From a virus (lineage: Duplodnaviria; Caudoviricetes), in IMG/VR virus record IMGVR_UViG_3300016662_000110, positions 1 through 45,488 of that record: a stretch of 45,488 bases of DNA. One strand, 5' to 3'. A program made the translations under genes and the position numbers. The notes beneath the pieces were generated by a model. The model was given only the letters and a program-made list of their open reading frames with translations, was not told the origin of the DNA and did no database searches. Position 1 is the first letter of the stretch. Every line of letters begins with the position of its first letter. This document shows, one piece after another, positions 34,766 through 43,551 of the stretch.

Positions 34766-35611
34766 ATGGCCTATATGGAACAGATGCAAAGCACGGTCAG
34801 TTACCTGGCCACTGCCGGTGAAGCAGGGCGGCGAAGTCTTGACGGCATGATGGGGCCGGTCAACGGCGCAATCAGTGAAATGACCGGCGCCGCTTCGGAG
34901 CTGGAGACCCTGCCGGTCATTGGTCCAATGGTTGGGGAAAAGCTGCAGCGGGTTATGCGCGGTATCAGCGCGGCGCAGGCCAAAGTGGGGTCGGTGGTCG
35001 CGGTCTACAATCAGGCCACCCGCGCCGCCTCGCAGATCGAGCAGCGGCTGGAGGTACTGGGAGAGCAGGCAACCCGGGCAAAAAATGCGATCAACCAGAT
35101 TACCGGCAAGATCAATCCCGCACTGGGCAACATACTGCCGACCAGCATTTTTGCCACCGACACCACTCCGGCGGTGGAAGCGGTGAAGCCGTTTCCGCAC
35201 CTGCTTATTCTGCAGCCGCACAAGCACGAAGCGCCGCCGTACTACTTCAACCTGGACACGGCTGCCTTTGAGGAATTGAACCGGCAGAGCGGTTTCCGCT
35301 GGGCCTCACAAGAGCGTCTGATGCGGCGGCCCGCACAGCAGGCGGTGGGCATGGGTGACGACAAAATTACCCTCAAGGGTTCGATCTTTCCCGGGCACCG
35401 GGGCGGCCTCAAGCAACTGGACACCCTGCGCAGTATCGGCGGGTTGCTGGTTCCTTTGGGCCTGACCACGGGCTATGGCTACGTCCTAGGGGATTGGTGC
35501 CTGACCTCGATCACCGAGGACCAAAGCGCGTTCCTGCAGGGCGGAATCCCCCGCAAGCAGGGCTTTAGTTTGGAGTTTGTTCGTTATGGCGAAGACCTGC
35601 AGAACGCTTGA
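34766..35611 (+). CDS. P2 gpU-like tail protein with N-terminal extension
   Basis: C-terminal RW..Q.R...PA.Q..G.G.D.ITL.G...G.PRKQ.F.LE. Confidence 0.85.
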   Translation: MAYMEQMQSTVSYLATAGEAGRRSLDGMMGPVNGAISEMTGAASELETLPVIGPMVGEKLQRVMRGISAAQAKVGSVVAVYNQATRAASQIEQRLEVLGEQATRAKNAINQITGKINPALGNILPTSIFATDTTPAVEAVKPFPHLLILQPHKHEAPPYYFNLDTAAFEELNRQSGFRWASQERLMRRPAQQAVGMGDDKITLKGSIFPGHRGGLKQLDTLRSIGGLLVPLGLTTGYGYVLGDWCLTSITEDQSAFLQGGIPRKQGFSLEFVRYGEDLQNA

Positions 35612-35795
35612 CGGCGACAAACTCTACACCATCTGTCACAACGCCTATGGCCACCTCAACGGCAGCGTGGAGGCGGTGCTGGAAGCCAACCCCGGGCTGG
35701 CCGCCGAGCCGGAGCCGTATCGCGGCGGGGTACTGATCGTGTTGCCGAGCTTGGCGGTGGCCAGCGATGAGCAGGCCGTCCAGCTCTGGAGCTGA
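35586..35795 (+). CDS. Tail protein X (LysM-like)
   Basis: GD.L..IC...YG....VEAVL.ANPGLA...QLW. Confidence 0.92.
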   Translation: MAKTCRTLDGDKLYTICHNAYGHLNGSVEAVLEANPGLAAEPEPYRGGVLIVLPSLAVASDEQAVQLWS

Positions 35796-35824
35796 TAGTT
35801 ACGCGTAACGCGACTTAAAACCTG

Positions 35825-35850
35825 AGCCCCGCCTTTGTGCGGGGCTTTTT
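35825..35850 (+). terminator. Intrinsic terminator
   Basis: AGCCCCGC-CTTTGT-GCGGGGCT-TTTT. Confidence 0.75.
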
Positions 35851-35863
35851 GTTGGAGCTGGAT

Positions 35864-36901
35864 ATGACGCCCGTTTTTCGCATCGTCGCCGATGGCAGCG
35901 ATATCACCCGCATGATCAATGACCGGCTGCTGCTGTTGCGCACCTCGGACAAGCCCGGGATGGAGTCAGACGAGTTTGAGTTGCGCATTGATGACCGTGA
36001 CAGCGCTGTGACGTTGCCGTCTCGGGGTGCCAGTATCGAAATCTATCTGGGCTATGCCGGGTCGACCTTGTCCCGGGAGGGCCGCTATGTGGTCGATGAG
36101 GTCGAAGTCTCCGGCCCGCCGGACACGCTGGTGATACGCGGCAAGGCCAGTGACATGCGCGGCAGCGGCAAGACCACCCGTAGCGGTAGCTGGGAGGGCG
36201 ACACCCTGGCCACCATCGTCAGCGCCGTGGCCCGGCGTAACGGCTGGGAACCGGCCTGCACGGTGGCCACGATCGTGCCCCGGGCTGACCAGTTGGGGGA
36301 ATCAGACTTCAATTTCATTACCCGGCTGGCCCGGCAGCACGACTGCACGGCCAAGGTCGCGGACGGCAAGCTGATCGTCATGCCGCGTCAGGGCGGTGTC
36401 ACGGCCAGCGGCAAGACACTGGGCGTCGTCACCATCAACAAAACGGACGTAAGCCGCTACAGCTTTCGTCTGGGCGACCGCTCGACCCACAAGGCCGTCA
36501 GCACCAAGTACCAGGACAAAGCCACCGGCAAACTGGCGGTGGTCAATCTGAACAACGACGACGCTCCGGACGGCCTGCCGCCGGTGCATACCGATCGGCA
36601 TATCCACCCGAACAAGACCGCCGCCGAACAGGCCGCCAAGGCGCGCTTGGCGGCGTTCAACCGCTCGACTGCAGGTGTGCGGCTGGAAATGCCCGGGCGC
36701 TCCGATCTATTTGCTGAGCGGATGATCAACGCCCAAGGATTCAAGGACGGGCTCGATGGCGAGTATCTGGTGGACTCCCGGGAGCAGGTATTCACCCAGT
36801 CCGGTTGGTCGACGACGATCGAGTGCAACGCCGGCAAGAAGGGCAAGGCCAAGGTCAAAGGCAAAAAGCCTGGGAAGACCCTGAAAATCGTTCAGCTCTA
36901 A
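35864..36901 (+). CDS. Baseplate hub / late control protein D (P2 gpD)
   Basis: D..G.ESD...L.IDDRD, SGPPD, Q..ESD..F.TRLA. Confidence 0.92.
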   Translation: MTPVFRIVADGSDITRMINDRLLLLRTSDKPGMESDEFELRIDDRDSAVTLPSRGASIEIYLGYAGSTLSREGRYVVDEVEVSGPPDTLVIRGKASDMRGSGKTTRSGSWEGDTLATIVSAVARRNGWEPACTVATIVPRADQLGESDFNFITRLARQHDCTAKVADGKLIVMPRQGGVTASGKTLGVVTINKTDVSRYSFRLGDRSTHKAVSTKYQDKATGKLAVVNLNNDDAPDGLPPVHTDRHIHPNKTAAEQAAKARLAAFNRSTAGVRLEMPGRSDLFAERMINAQGFKDGLDGEYLVDSREQVFTQSGWSTTIECNAGKKGKAKVKGKKPGKTLKIVQL

Positions 36902-36952
36902 CCCGACGACCTTCACATCTGGACTCTTTCAGGGTGGCAATAAGCCCTATCG

Positions 36953-37120
36953 TCAGCGGCGAATATGGATTTTTCGCTGAGTTAACGTGCTGGGAAAAGT
37001 CCCCGTATTGCCTCGAACTGCATACAGAGTCGCTCTGTAGATAGCAGTCGATCGAGAGCAGTGAAGGTCACGTATCTTGCGATACGCCCACATCCATCCA
37101 CGTTTAGAGGCTGTACTCAT
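36953..37120 (-). CDS. Small basic hypothetical protein on the opposite strand (moron-like)
   Basis: 55-aa ORF (MSTASKRGWMWAYRKIRDLHCSR...) in an otherwise empty 320-bp gap with AT-rich upstream region. Confidence 0.4.
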   Translation of the reverse strand: MSTASKRGWMWAYRKIRDLHCSRSTAIYRATLYAVRGNTGTFPSTLTQRKIHIRR

Positions 37121-37224
37121 GACGTTGCTTCCGGGCAATTATTTTGGGTGTTTGAACAGTATCAAATAGCCACTAACGAATGATATAGCTAAATATTAAG
37201 TATTTGTAAAAAACTGGGGGCCTT

Positions 37225-37770
37225 ATGCCTATTTCAAAGCAGCAATTGCTGCGTATTCTTCCTAACGCCGGCCAGTCAGCCGGCGTTTTTGTTCCTGTGC
37301 TGAACACCGCAATGGTGCGTTACCAGATCGCAGGTACACTGCGCCAGGCAGCTTTTATTGCCCAGGTCGGACATGAGTCTGGTCAGTTCCGCTATGTACG
37401 CGAACTCGGAGGCGAGCAGTATCTGAGCCAGTACGACACCGGCTCACTTGCCAAACGCTTGGGCAACACGCCAGAAGCTGATGGTGACGGCCAAAAGTAT
37501 TGCGGTCGTGGCCTAATCCAGATCACCGGCCGGGCCAACTACTTTGCGTGCGGCGAAGCACTGGGCCTAGACCTGATTAAGCAGCCTGAACTTCTGGAGG
37601 TACCGCAGCACGCCTGCATGTCAGCGGCATGGTTCTGGGCGACCAAGGGCCTCAGCACCCTGGCTGACGCAGGCCAGTTCGACAAGATCACCCAGCGCAT
37701 CAACGGCGGCCAGAACGGTGCGGCCGATCGGCAGGCGCTGTACGCCCGGGCGCTCAAGGTGTTGGCGTGA
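37225..37770 (+). CDS. Endolysin, glycoside hydrolase family 19
   Basis: AAFIAQ.GHESG, LGN...DG..Y.GRGLIQITGR.NY, SAAWFW, IT.RINGG.NG. Confidence 0.95.
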   Translation: MPISKQQLLRILPNAGQSAGVFVPVLNTAMVRYQIAGTLRQAAFIAQVGHESGQFRYVRELGGEQYLSQYDTGSLAKRLGNTPEADGDGQKYCGRGLIQITGRANYFACGEALGLDLIKQPELLEVPQHACMSAAWFWATKGLSTLADAGQFDKITQRINGGQNGAADRQALYARALKVLA

Positions 37771-38294
37771 AGATCGACGCGGTCAAGTGGGGCGAGGTGC
37801 TGCTGATTATCCTCGCCCTGATGGCGGGAAGCGCGTGGGCCGCATGGACGTGGCAGGCCAACGCCTACGGACAGCAACTGGCCGCCAAGGAGGCGACACA
37901 TCAAACCGCGCTCACCCATCTGGCCAATGCCAACTCCGCGCAAATCCTGGCGGAGCAGGGCAAGCGCCTCGCCCTGGAACAGTGGTTGGCAGCCAGCGAC
38001 CAATCGTATTACCGAGCCCTCACCGATGAAAAAACCAAACAAGCACGCCTGCGTGATCGCCTTGCTACTGCTGACTTGCGGCTGTCAGTCCAACTCGACG
38101 CCACCACCACAACTGGTTGTGACGCAGTGCAAACCACCACCCGCACCGGCAGCGTGGTTCATGGCGCCCATAGAGCCCAACTTGACCGAGCGCATGCTCA
38201 ACGAATTATCGGAATCACCGGCGACGGCGATCAAGGACTGATCGCGCTGCAGGCCTGTCAGGCCTATGCCAAAGAAGTATCAGACACGAAATAA
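37767..38294 (+). CDS. i-spanin (Rz-like)
   Basis: N-terminal TM, coiled coil, RLRD.LA....RLSV, L.ACQAY. Confidence 0.9.
   Translation: MKIDAVKWGEVLLIILALMAGSAWAAWTWQANAYGQQLAAKEATHQTALTHLANANSAQILAEQGKRLALEQWLAASDQSYYRALTDEKTKQARLRDRLATADLRLSVQLDATTTTGCDAVQTTTRTGSVVHGAHRAQLDRAHAQRIIGITGDGDQGLIALQACQAYAKEVSDTK
38026..38241 (+). CDS. o-spanin lipoprotein (Rz1-like) embedded in Rz
   Basis: MKKPNK, hydrophobic stretch, lipobox LTCGC, Pro-rich mature part; alternate frame inside Rz. Confidence 0.85.
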   Translation: MKKPNKHACVIALLLLTCGCQSNSTPPPQLVVTQCKPPPAPAAWFMAPIEPNLTERMLNELSESPATAIKD

Positions 38295-38411
38295 AAGGAG
38301 CGGCCGAAGTTGGATGCGTCAACATCCAACCCGGCCACCAAACCCGCAGATCAGTCCTGCAAGCCCAGTCAAGGCTCCTGCTCCGTGCACAAAGCGGAGC
38401 GAGCCTAGCAC

Positions 38412-38427
38412 CTGTTTATCCATACAG
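38412..38427 (+). promoter_or_regulatory. LexA (SOS) box upstream of the methyltransferase
   Basis: CTGTTTATCCATACAG = CTGT-N8-ACAG. Confidence 0.8.
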
Positions 38428-38444
38428 TAAAGGTCTTGCATATT

Positions 38445-39239
38445 ATGTCTTACCCTATCATCCCTTGGATGGGCGGCAAACGCCGCCTGGCTGACCGCCT
38501 TATCCCTCTATTCCCACCCCACGAATGCTACGTCGAAGTCTTCGCCGGCGGCGGGGCGCTGTACTTCCTGCGCCCACTGCCTGCACCGGTCGAAGTGCTT
38601 AACGACATCAACGGTGACCTGGTGACCCTGTACCGTGTGGTGCAGAACCACCTGGAAGAATTCGTGCGCCAATTCAAGTGGGCCCTCAGCTCACGGCAGA
38701 TTTTCGAGTGGCAAAAAATGACCCGCCCCGAAACCCTGACCGACATCCAGCGCGCGGCCCGATTCTTCTACCTGCAGCACCATGCCTTTGCTGGCAAGGT
38801 TTCAGGGCAGAGTTTTGGGACCGCTACAACAGCCCCTGCAATCAACCTTCTGCGGATTGAAGAAAACTTGTCTGCAGCCTGGCAGCGCCTGTCCGGCACC
38901 TACGTCGAAAACCTGCCCTGGCTTGAGTGCGCAGAGCGCTACGACCGGGTCCACACCTTCCACTATATGGACCCACCTTACTGGCAGACCGCTGGTTATG
39001 GAGTCGACTTCCCGTTTGAAAACTACGAGCGCATGGCTGACTTTATGCGGCGCTGCAAAGGCAAGGTGATGGTCAGCATCAACGACCACCCGGACATCCG
39101 GCGGGTGTTTGAAGGGTTTCATTTTGAGACGACCGAGATCCGATATACAACCACGAATCAGAGGCAGGGGAAGGCTGAGGTTACGGGGGAGTTGATTATT
39201 ATGAATTGGGAGCCAGAGGCTTTGGGTGGCTTGTTTTAG
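38445..39239 (+). CDS. DNA adenine methyltransferase (D12/Dam family)
   Basis: WMGGK, YVEVFAGG, LNDIN, DPPY. Confidence 0.95.
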   Translation: MSYPIIPWMGGKRRLADRLIPLFPPHECYVEVFAGGGALYFLRPLPAPVEVLNDINGDLVTLYRVVQNHLEEFVRQFKWALSSRQIFEWQKMTRPETLTDIQRAARFFYLQHHAFAGKVSGQSFGTATTAPAINLLRIEENLSAAWQRLSGTYVENLPWLECAERYDRVHTFHYMDPPYWQTAGYGVDFPFENYERMADFMRRCKGKVMVSINDHPDIRRVFEGFHFETTEIRYTTTNQRQGKAEVTGELIIMNWEPEALGGLF

Positions 39240-39347
39240 GGGGAGATCTCTTGCAAATGGAACCCTCGCAAAGCCTAGCTTGAAGTGCTCGGGGTGTTCC
39301 TCTCGTCGAAAATGCCTACAGACGAATTGACCAGAACCACGCGCCGC

Positions 39348-39375
39348 AGTTAACTGTATGTACATACAGTTAACT
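39348..39375. promoter_or_regulatory. LexA box inside a perfect 28-bp palindrome
   Basis: AGTTAACTGTATGTACATACAGTTAACT; core CTGTATGTACATACAG at 39354-39369. Confidence 0.92.
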
Positions 39376-39388
39376 TAAGGCGTTCGTC

Positions 39389-39817
39389 ATGAGCTTCACT
39401 TCTCTGGGTCCAATTGCTGAAGGAGGCATTCTCCTACCTCTTTGCTCCTTCAAGGTTCCAGCCGGATTTCCGTCACCTGCAGCGGACCATATCGAGAAGC
39501 AAATCTCGTTAGACCAGGTGCTGAACATCCGTGCTCCGCACGTTTACCTGGTATCAATCGATGGCGATAGCATGCAGGGCGCCGGTATCTATTCCGGGGA
39601 TCTGGCTGTGGTCGACCGTTCAATCGAACCTGTCCATGGCAATGTGGTTGTCGCGCTGCTCAATAACGATCCGATTTGCAAACGTCTTTGCTTGCGAGAA
39701 AAGAGGGTCATTCTCCAGTCTGAAAACTCGAAATACCCCGACCGGCATGTGCTTGAAGGCGACGATCTTTCCATTTGGGGAGTGATCACTCACACAGTGC
39801 GCAGCCATGGCAATTAA
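39389..39817 (+). CDS. umuD: Pol V accessory subunit UmuD/RulA
   Basis: [23 protein letters not shown]. Confidence 0.95.
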   Translation: MSFTSLGPIAEGGILLPLCSFKVPAGFPSPAADHIEKQISLDQVLNIRAPHVYLVSIDGDSMQGAGIYSGDLAVVDRSIEPVHGNVVVALLNNDPICKRLCLREKRVILQSENSKYPDRHVLEGDDLSIWGVITHTVRSHGN

Positions 39818-41087
39818 GCCAGATCCAGTTTTCGCGCTCATAGACTGCAATAGCTTCTATGCCAGTTGTGAGCGTGTATTTCGTCCTGATTTGGCCAAAG
39901 TACCCATCGTGGTACTGAGCAACAATGACGGCTGCGTGATTGCTCGTAGCTATGACGCCAAGCCCCACGTGAAAATGGGAGAGCCGTATTTTCAGATAAA
40001 ACATCGCCTGGAGAAGCTGGGCATTGTCGCTTTCTCATCGAACTATGCGCTGTATGGCGACATGAGTGAGCGAGTCATGAGCTTGATCGAAGCGATGGTG
40101 CCAGCGGTGGAGGTTTACAGCATTGATGAGTCATTCGTCGACCTGACCGGCATAGCTGACGCTTCGGCCATGGGCCGGAAAATACGCAGCCGCATATTTC
40201 AATGTACCGGCATTCCAGTAGGTGTAGGGATCGCTCATACCAAAACCTTAGCGAAACTGGCCAACCACACCGCGAAGCGATTGCAGTCCCATACGGGCGG
40301 TGTTGTGAACCTTTGCGGGGACTTCGAGCGCGATTGGGTGCTGCGCAATACAGCCGTGTCTGAGGTCTGGGGAGTCGGCCGGCGAATGACCGTGCACCTT
40401 GAAACACTGGGTATCCGCACTGCCATGGACCTGGCCAAGGCTGATGCGTGGACGCTTCGTAAGAAATTCAGCATCGTTCTTGAGAAGACCGCTCGCGAGT
40501 TGGCAGGGACGCCTTGTCTTGAGCTGGACGAGCCCGATCCGCCAAAGCAGGAAATCTGTTGCAGCCGTATGTTCGGCAAACGACTAACTGAGTTAGGACC
40601 AATAAAAGAGGCTGTGGCCACCTACATGATGCGCGCCTCAGAGAAGCTGCGGGCGCAGAAGTCTTACTGCAAAAAGGTCCGTGTCAGTATCCGCACCGGT
40701 ATGTTCAATCCTGATGAGGCCAAATACGCCAAGGGAGTGGTGGTAACGCTTCCTTACCCCACTGACGATGTACGTCTACTGACAAGAGCTGCAGTGGATG
40801 CACTCGACCATGTGTTTCAGCCCGGATTTAAGTACAGCAAGGCAGAAGTCCTGCTGCTGGATCTTCGGCAGCCTGGTGAGTTTTCGGACGATCTGTTTGC
40901 GGTAAATCAGCCGGCAGAAGCATCCCGAGTGATGGCAGTCCTTGATGAAATCAATGGTCGCTGGGGAAGGGGGACGCTGCGTGCTGCGAGTGTGCCGAGC
41001 AACCCGGATTGGGGGATGAGGCGGGGGATGATGAGTCAGAACTATACGACGCAGATACAGCAGCTATGGCAGGTGTCTTGTAGGTAG
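39807..41087 (+). CDS. umuC: Y-family polymerase UmuC/RulB
   Basis: [24 protein letters not shown]-terminal W.MR....S..YTT. Confidence 0.96.
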   Translation: MAIKPDPVFALIDCNSFYASCERVFRPDLAKVPIVVLSNNDGCVIARSYDAKPHVKMGEPYFQIKHRLEKLGIVAFSSNYALYGDMSERVMSLIEAMVPAVEVYSIDESFVDLTGIADASAMGRKIRSRIFQCTGIPVGVGIAHTKTLAKLANHTAKRLQSHTGGVVNLCGDFERDWVLRNTAVSEVWGVGRRMTVHLETLGIRTAMDLAKADAWTLRKKFSIVLEKTARELAGTPCLELDEPDPPKQEICCSRMFGKRLTELGPIKEAVATYMMRASEKLRAQKSYCKKVRVSIRTGMFNPDEAKYAKGVVVTLPYPTDDVRLLTRAAVDALDHVFQPGFKYSKAEVLLLDLRQPGEFSDDLFAVNQPAEASRVMAVLDEINGRWGRGTLRAASVPSNPDWGMRRGMMSQNYTTQIQQLWQVSCR

Positions 41088-41439
41088 GGTAAAGGTGGGG
41101 TGGTTTATCAGTCGGTCAATCGCTGGAGTCGGGGGGAGCAATAGAGGCTGAAAAGCGTCGTCCTGATCTTCAACAATCGGCCAATAGCAGACGCTCGCGA
41201 ACGACGACTATAAAAAACGGATGCCTATTGACAGCCAACCAGGCGGCTGACACGACTCACCGGACATTGCTGGCGTTCAAGACCAATGCCTTCAACTGGT
41301 CTAAAGCTACATCGATAGCTTTAGGGGTGAGTCGCAGGCACCGGTGGCCTAGTGTTGAAAGCACTAGCAACATGTCAGACGTAAGTGAAGGGAGTCTCGA
41401 TGAGCCAAATATCAATTTGGTCATGATTTTGAGAACTCT

Positions 41440-42840
41440 TCATTTTCCCGGTCGTAGAGGACCTTTTTTTTGCCAGGCTGCTTTGTTACCCGCACGCCCA
41501 GGGACTTGCTCCAATTGATCTCTATCTCGTAGTCTATAGAAAACTTCTTTCATGGTGTTTTCGGATTTTATTCCCGTAATCTCGCGACCAATCCCATTGC
41601 TGATTTCAAGGTTTTTTTCCAAGTACTCCATAACGAGTTGCTCTGGCGAGCCAAGATTTTCATGTCGTAGTATTACGAGTACCGAGTTTTCTTTTTCTTG
41701 GATAATTGGCTTCTTAAGTCTAAGTTTGTTCATTGCTTCGAAAGTTGTCCTCAGTCCTTCGCCCACGTCTTTGTTTGGTGGGTTTTTGAATTTGTTGATG
41801 AGGCGGACGATTTTAGGGTTTCTTGCAAATTGAGTTTTGGTAGCGGTGTCTACAGTAACGTGTCCCGGAAGCCTTCCAGGGCTTTCGATCTCAATACGGT
41901 TGTCAAATATTCTAACCTGCACGTCTGATGCAATGCTGTAGTCGCGATGTAGTACAGCATTTGTCAAAACCTCATGAAGTGCCTCGTCGGGGTACGAGAT
42001 TGGCTCCAAGCCATCTGGTCCTAATTTTTTTATGCCTTCTACAAGCTTTTTGCACGTGTCTACAGAGTCATAGATTATATCGTATAAAGATCCTTCTATT
42101 GTCATAGGATCAAAAGCTAGAAAGTCCCTCTCCCCATTATCTTTAGTTTGATAGCGAAGGATTTTTACTGCAGAACGCTTTGGAAGTATGGCTTGAGGCA
42201 AATCTGAGTAAAGTAACACAGCTGCGACTGAAGGTCTTTTACCCACAGCGACGCGTTGTTTGGTGAGCCATTCTTCAGGCTCGGACGAGGGCAATACATT
42301 AATTAGGAATTCTAAAATGACGAGCGAATTGCTTACTTCTTCGATATTTGCATTGGTTAATTCATCTTCAAAGGATTTTATTCCTTTGTCATATTTAAGG
42401 CGTTCAATCGATGCGTCCCCGTCTACAGGCAAGTTTTGTGAGCTTCTACGAACATAAACCTTGCCATTTGATGCACTAAGAATCTCTTGGGATTTGAACA
42501 GCGTAAGATGCAAAACTACTCCGTCGGCTTCATCAGACATAAGAAACTCAGCGGAATAATGGTTTCCCAGTGGGCTCATTGCTTCTAAAACTTGGAAGAA
42601 GGCATTGGCCTGCTCTTGATCTGCGAATCCGCGCCAAGCTCGTTGCTTTCCCTCTAACCCTTCAACTTCCTCGACGCCTAAGAAAATCTCTCCGCCGCTG
42701 GTATTACAGAACGCTGCTATGGTTTTTGTCAGGCTAGCAGGTGATATTCCGACGCTTTTGAGGTCGATGAAGTGGCTCTCCTCTATGGTGAGGAGTGAGG
42801 CATGCTGGTCTGCAGTTAGGGCTCGAGCGGGGATGGTCAT
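41440..42840 (-). CDS. AlbA_2 (Schlafen-like) + HATPase_c_4 + winged-helix protein
   Basis: EESHFIDLKS...IAAFCNTSGGEIFLGV; YP..ALHE...NA..HRDY, IFDNRIEIESPG.LP, RNP.I, G.G; C-terminal ISN...REITG. Confidence 0.85.
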   Translation of the reverse strand: MTIPARALTADQHASLLTIEESHFIDLKSVGISPASLTKTIAAFCNTSGGEIFLGVEEVEGLEGKQRAWRGFADQEQANAFFQVLEAMSPLGNHYSAEFLMSDEADGVVLHLTLFKSQEILSASNGKVYVRRSSQNLPVDGDASIERLKYDKGIKSFEDELTNANIEEVSNSLVILEFLINVLPSSEPEEWLTKQRVAVGKRPSVAAVLLYSDLPQAILPKRSAVKILRYQTKDNGERDFLAFDPMTIEGSLYDIIYDSVDTCKKLVEGIKKLGPDGLEPISYPDEALHEVLTNAVLHRDYSIASDVQVRIFDNRIEIESPGRLPGHVTVDTATKTQFARNPKIVRLINKFKNPPNKDVGEGLRTTFEAMNKLRLKKPIIQEKENSVLVILRHENLGSPEQLVMEYLEKNLEISNGIGREITGIKSENTMKEVFYRLRDRDQLEQVPGRAGNKAAWQKKGPLRPGK

Positions 42841-42991
42841 AGAGGAATGCACTCTCAAAAGTACCGATCATACAACTAATCGAGAGATAAGTACGGGGGC
42901 CGAGAGCTCGCCACAAGCGGCGTATTGGGTGCTCGTTGGAGGCCGATGCGTATGGAACGTTTTTAAGGCTAGCTAAGGGCCGGTATTGGCC

Positions 42992-43150
42992 CAGAGTGTG
43001 TAAAAACGCTTCGCCAAAATTGAAGTTTGCGCGTCTGCGTTAAAACTGAAATTTATCGGCACATCAGCAGATGTGGATTTCGCGTAGAAGCGCAATTTCC
43101 AGTCCAGATTTGAGTACCTATCGCGCTCAAAACCGTTTTTACACGCCCTC
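42992..43150. mobile_element. 159-bp MITE with IS1182-like ends
   Basis: TIRs CAGAGTGTGTAAAAACG / CGTTTTTACACGCCCTC (14/17 match, inner 11 perfect) flanked by GGCC direct repeats. Confidence 0.7.
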
Positions 43151-43219
43151 GGCCGATTTTTGCCTGTAGCCACCGTTTGCTTTAGGTCGAGTTTAGCCAG
43201 TCATGGAGCTCATGTGCAC

Positions 43220-43266
43220 TGGTCAAGTCGAATGCAAATGGGTGGTCAAGTCCATGCAATTACTCA
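43220..43266. mobile_element. Isolated IS21-family-like terminal repeat
   Basis: Two copies of TGGTCAAGTC(GA/C)ATGCAA, ending in ...TACTCA. Confidence 0.5.
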
Positions 43267-43370
<104 letters not shown>

Positions 43371-43377
43371 CCCCCGG

Positions 43378-43482
43378 TGTCAAGCTAGTTGTCGCCTCAG
43401 CTGATTTATCAAAACGATAGATCGGGGGCGTCAAAGAGAGCTGTCATGTCGAGTTACTCACCCGAGCGTAAAGCTGCCCTCC
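43378..43482 (+). pseudogene. Left end and truncated orfA of a second IS3-like element
   Basis: TGTCAAGCTAGTTGTCGCC end followed by ATG 43446, MSSYSPERKAA. Confidence 0.55.
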
Positions 43483-43551
43483 GAGTAAGTCAGTTCAATT
43501 TCTAGTCTGTATAATCCACCGCATTATTGAGCACAGGGATGGATAGCACCG

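Larger units (their letters stand above)
3033..41087. mobile_element. Temperate prophage with lambdoid control region and head and P2-like contractile tail (minimum extent; att sites not located)
   Basis: Contiguous integration, immunity, replication, packaging, head, tail and lysis modules with no obvious broken ORFs. Confidence 0.93.

Noticed and set aside
22786-38294. Stand-alone R-type tailocin
   Set aside because: The tail is contiguous with intact head, terminase, cos, replication and integrase genes, so it belongs to a full prophage.
38445-39239. Restriction-modification system
   Set aside because: No adjacent endonuclease; this is an orphan phage methyltransferase.
41228-41518. 96-aa ORF after umuC
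   Set aside because: TTG start, no motif, and it overlaps the 3' end of the AlbA gene on the opposite strand.
43507-43522. Third LexA box before the HNH gene
   Set aside because: CTGTATAATCCACCGC lacks the ACAG right half-site.
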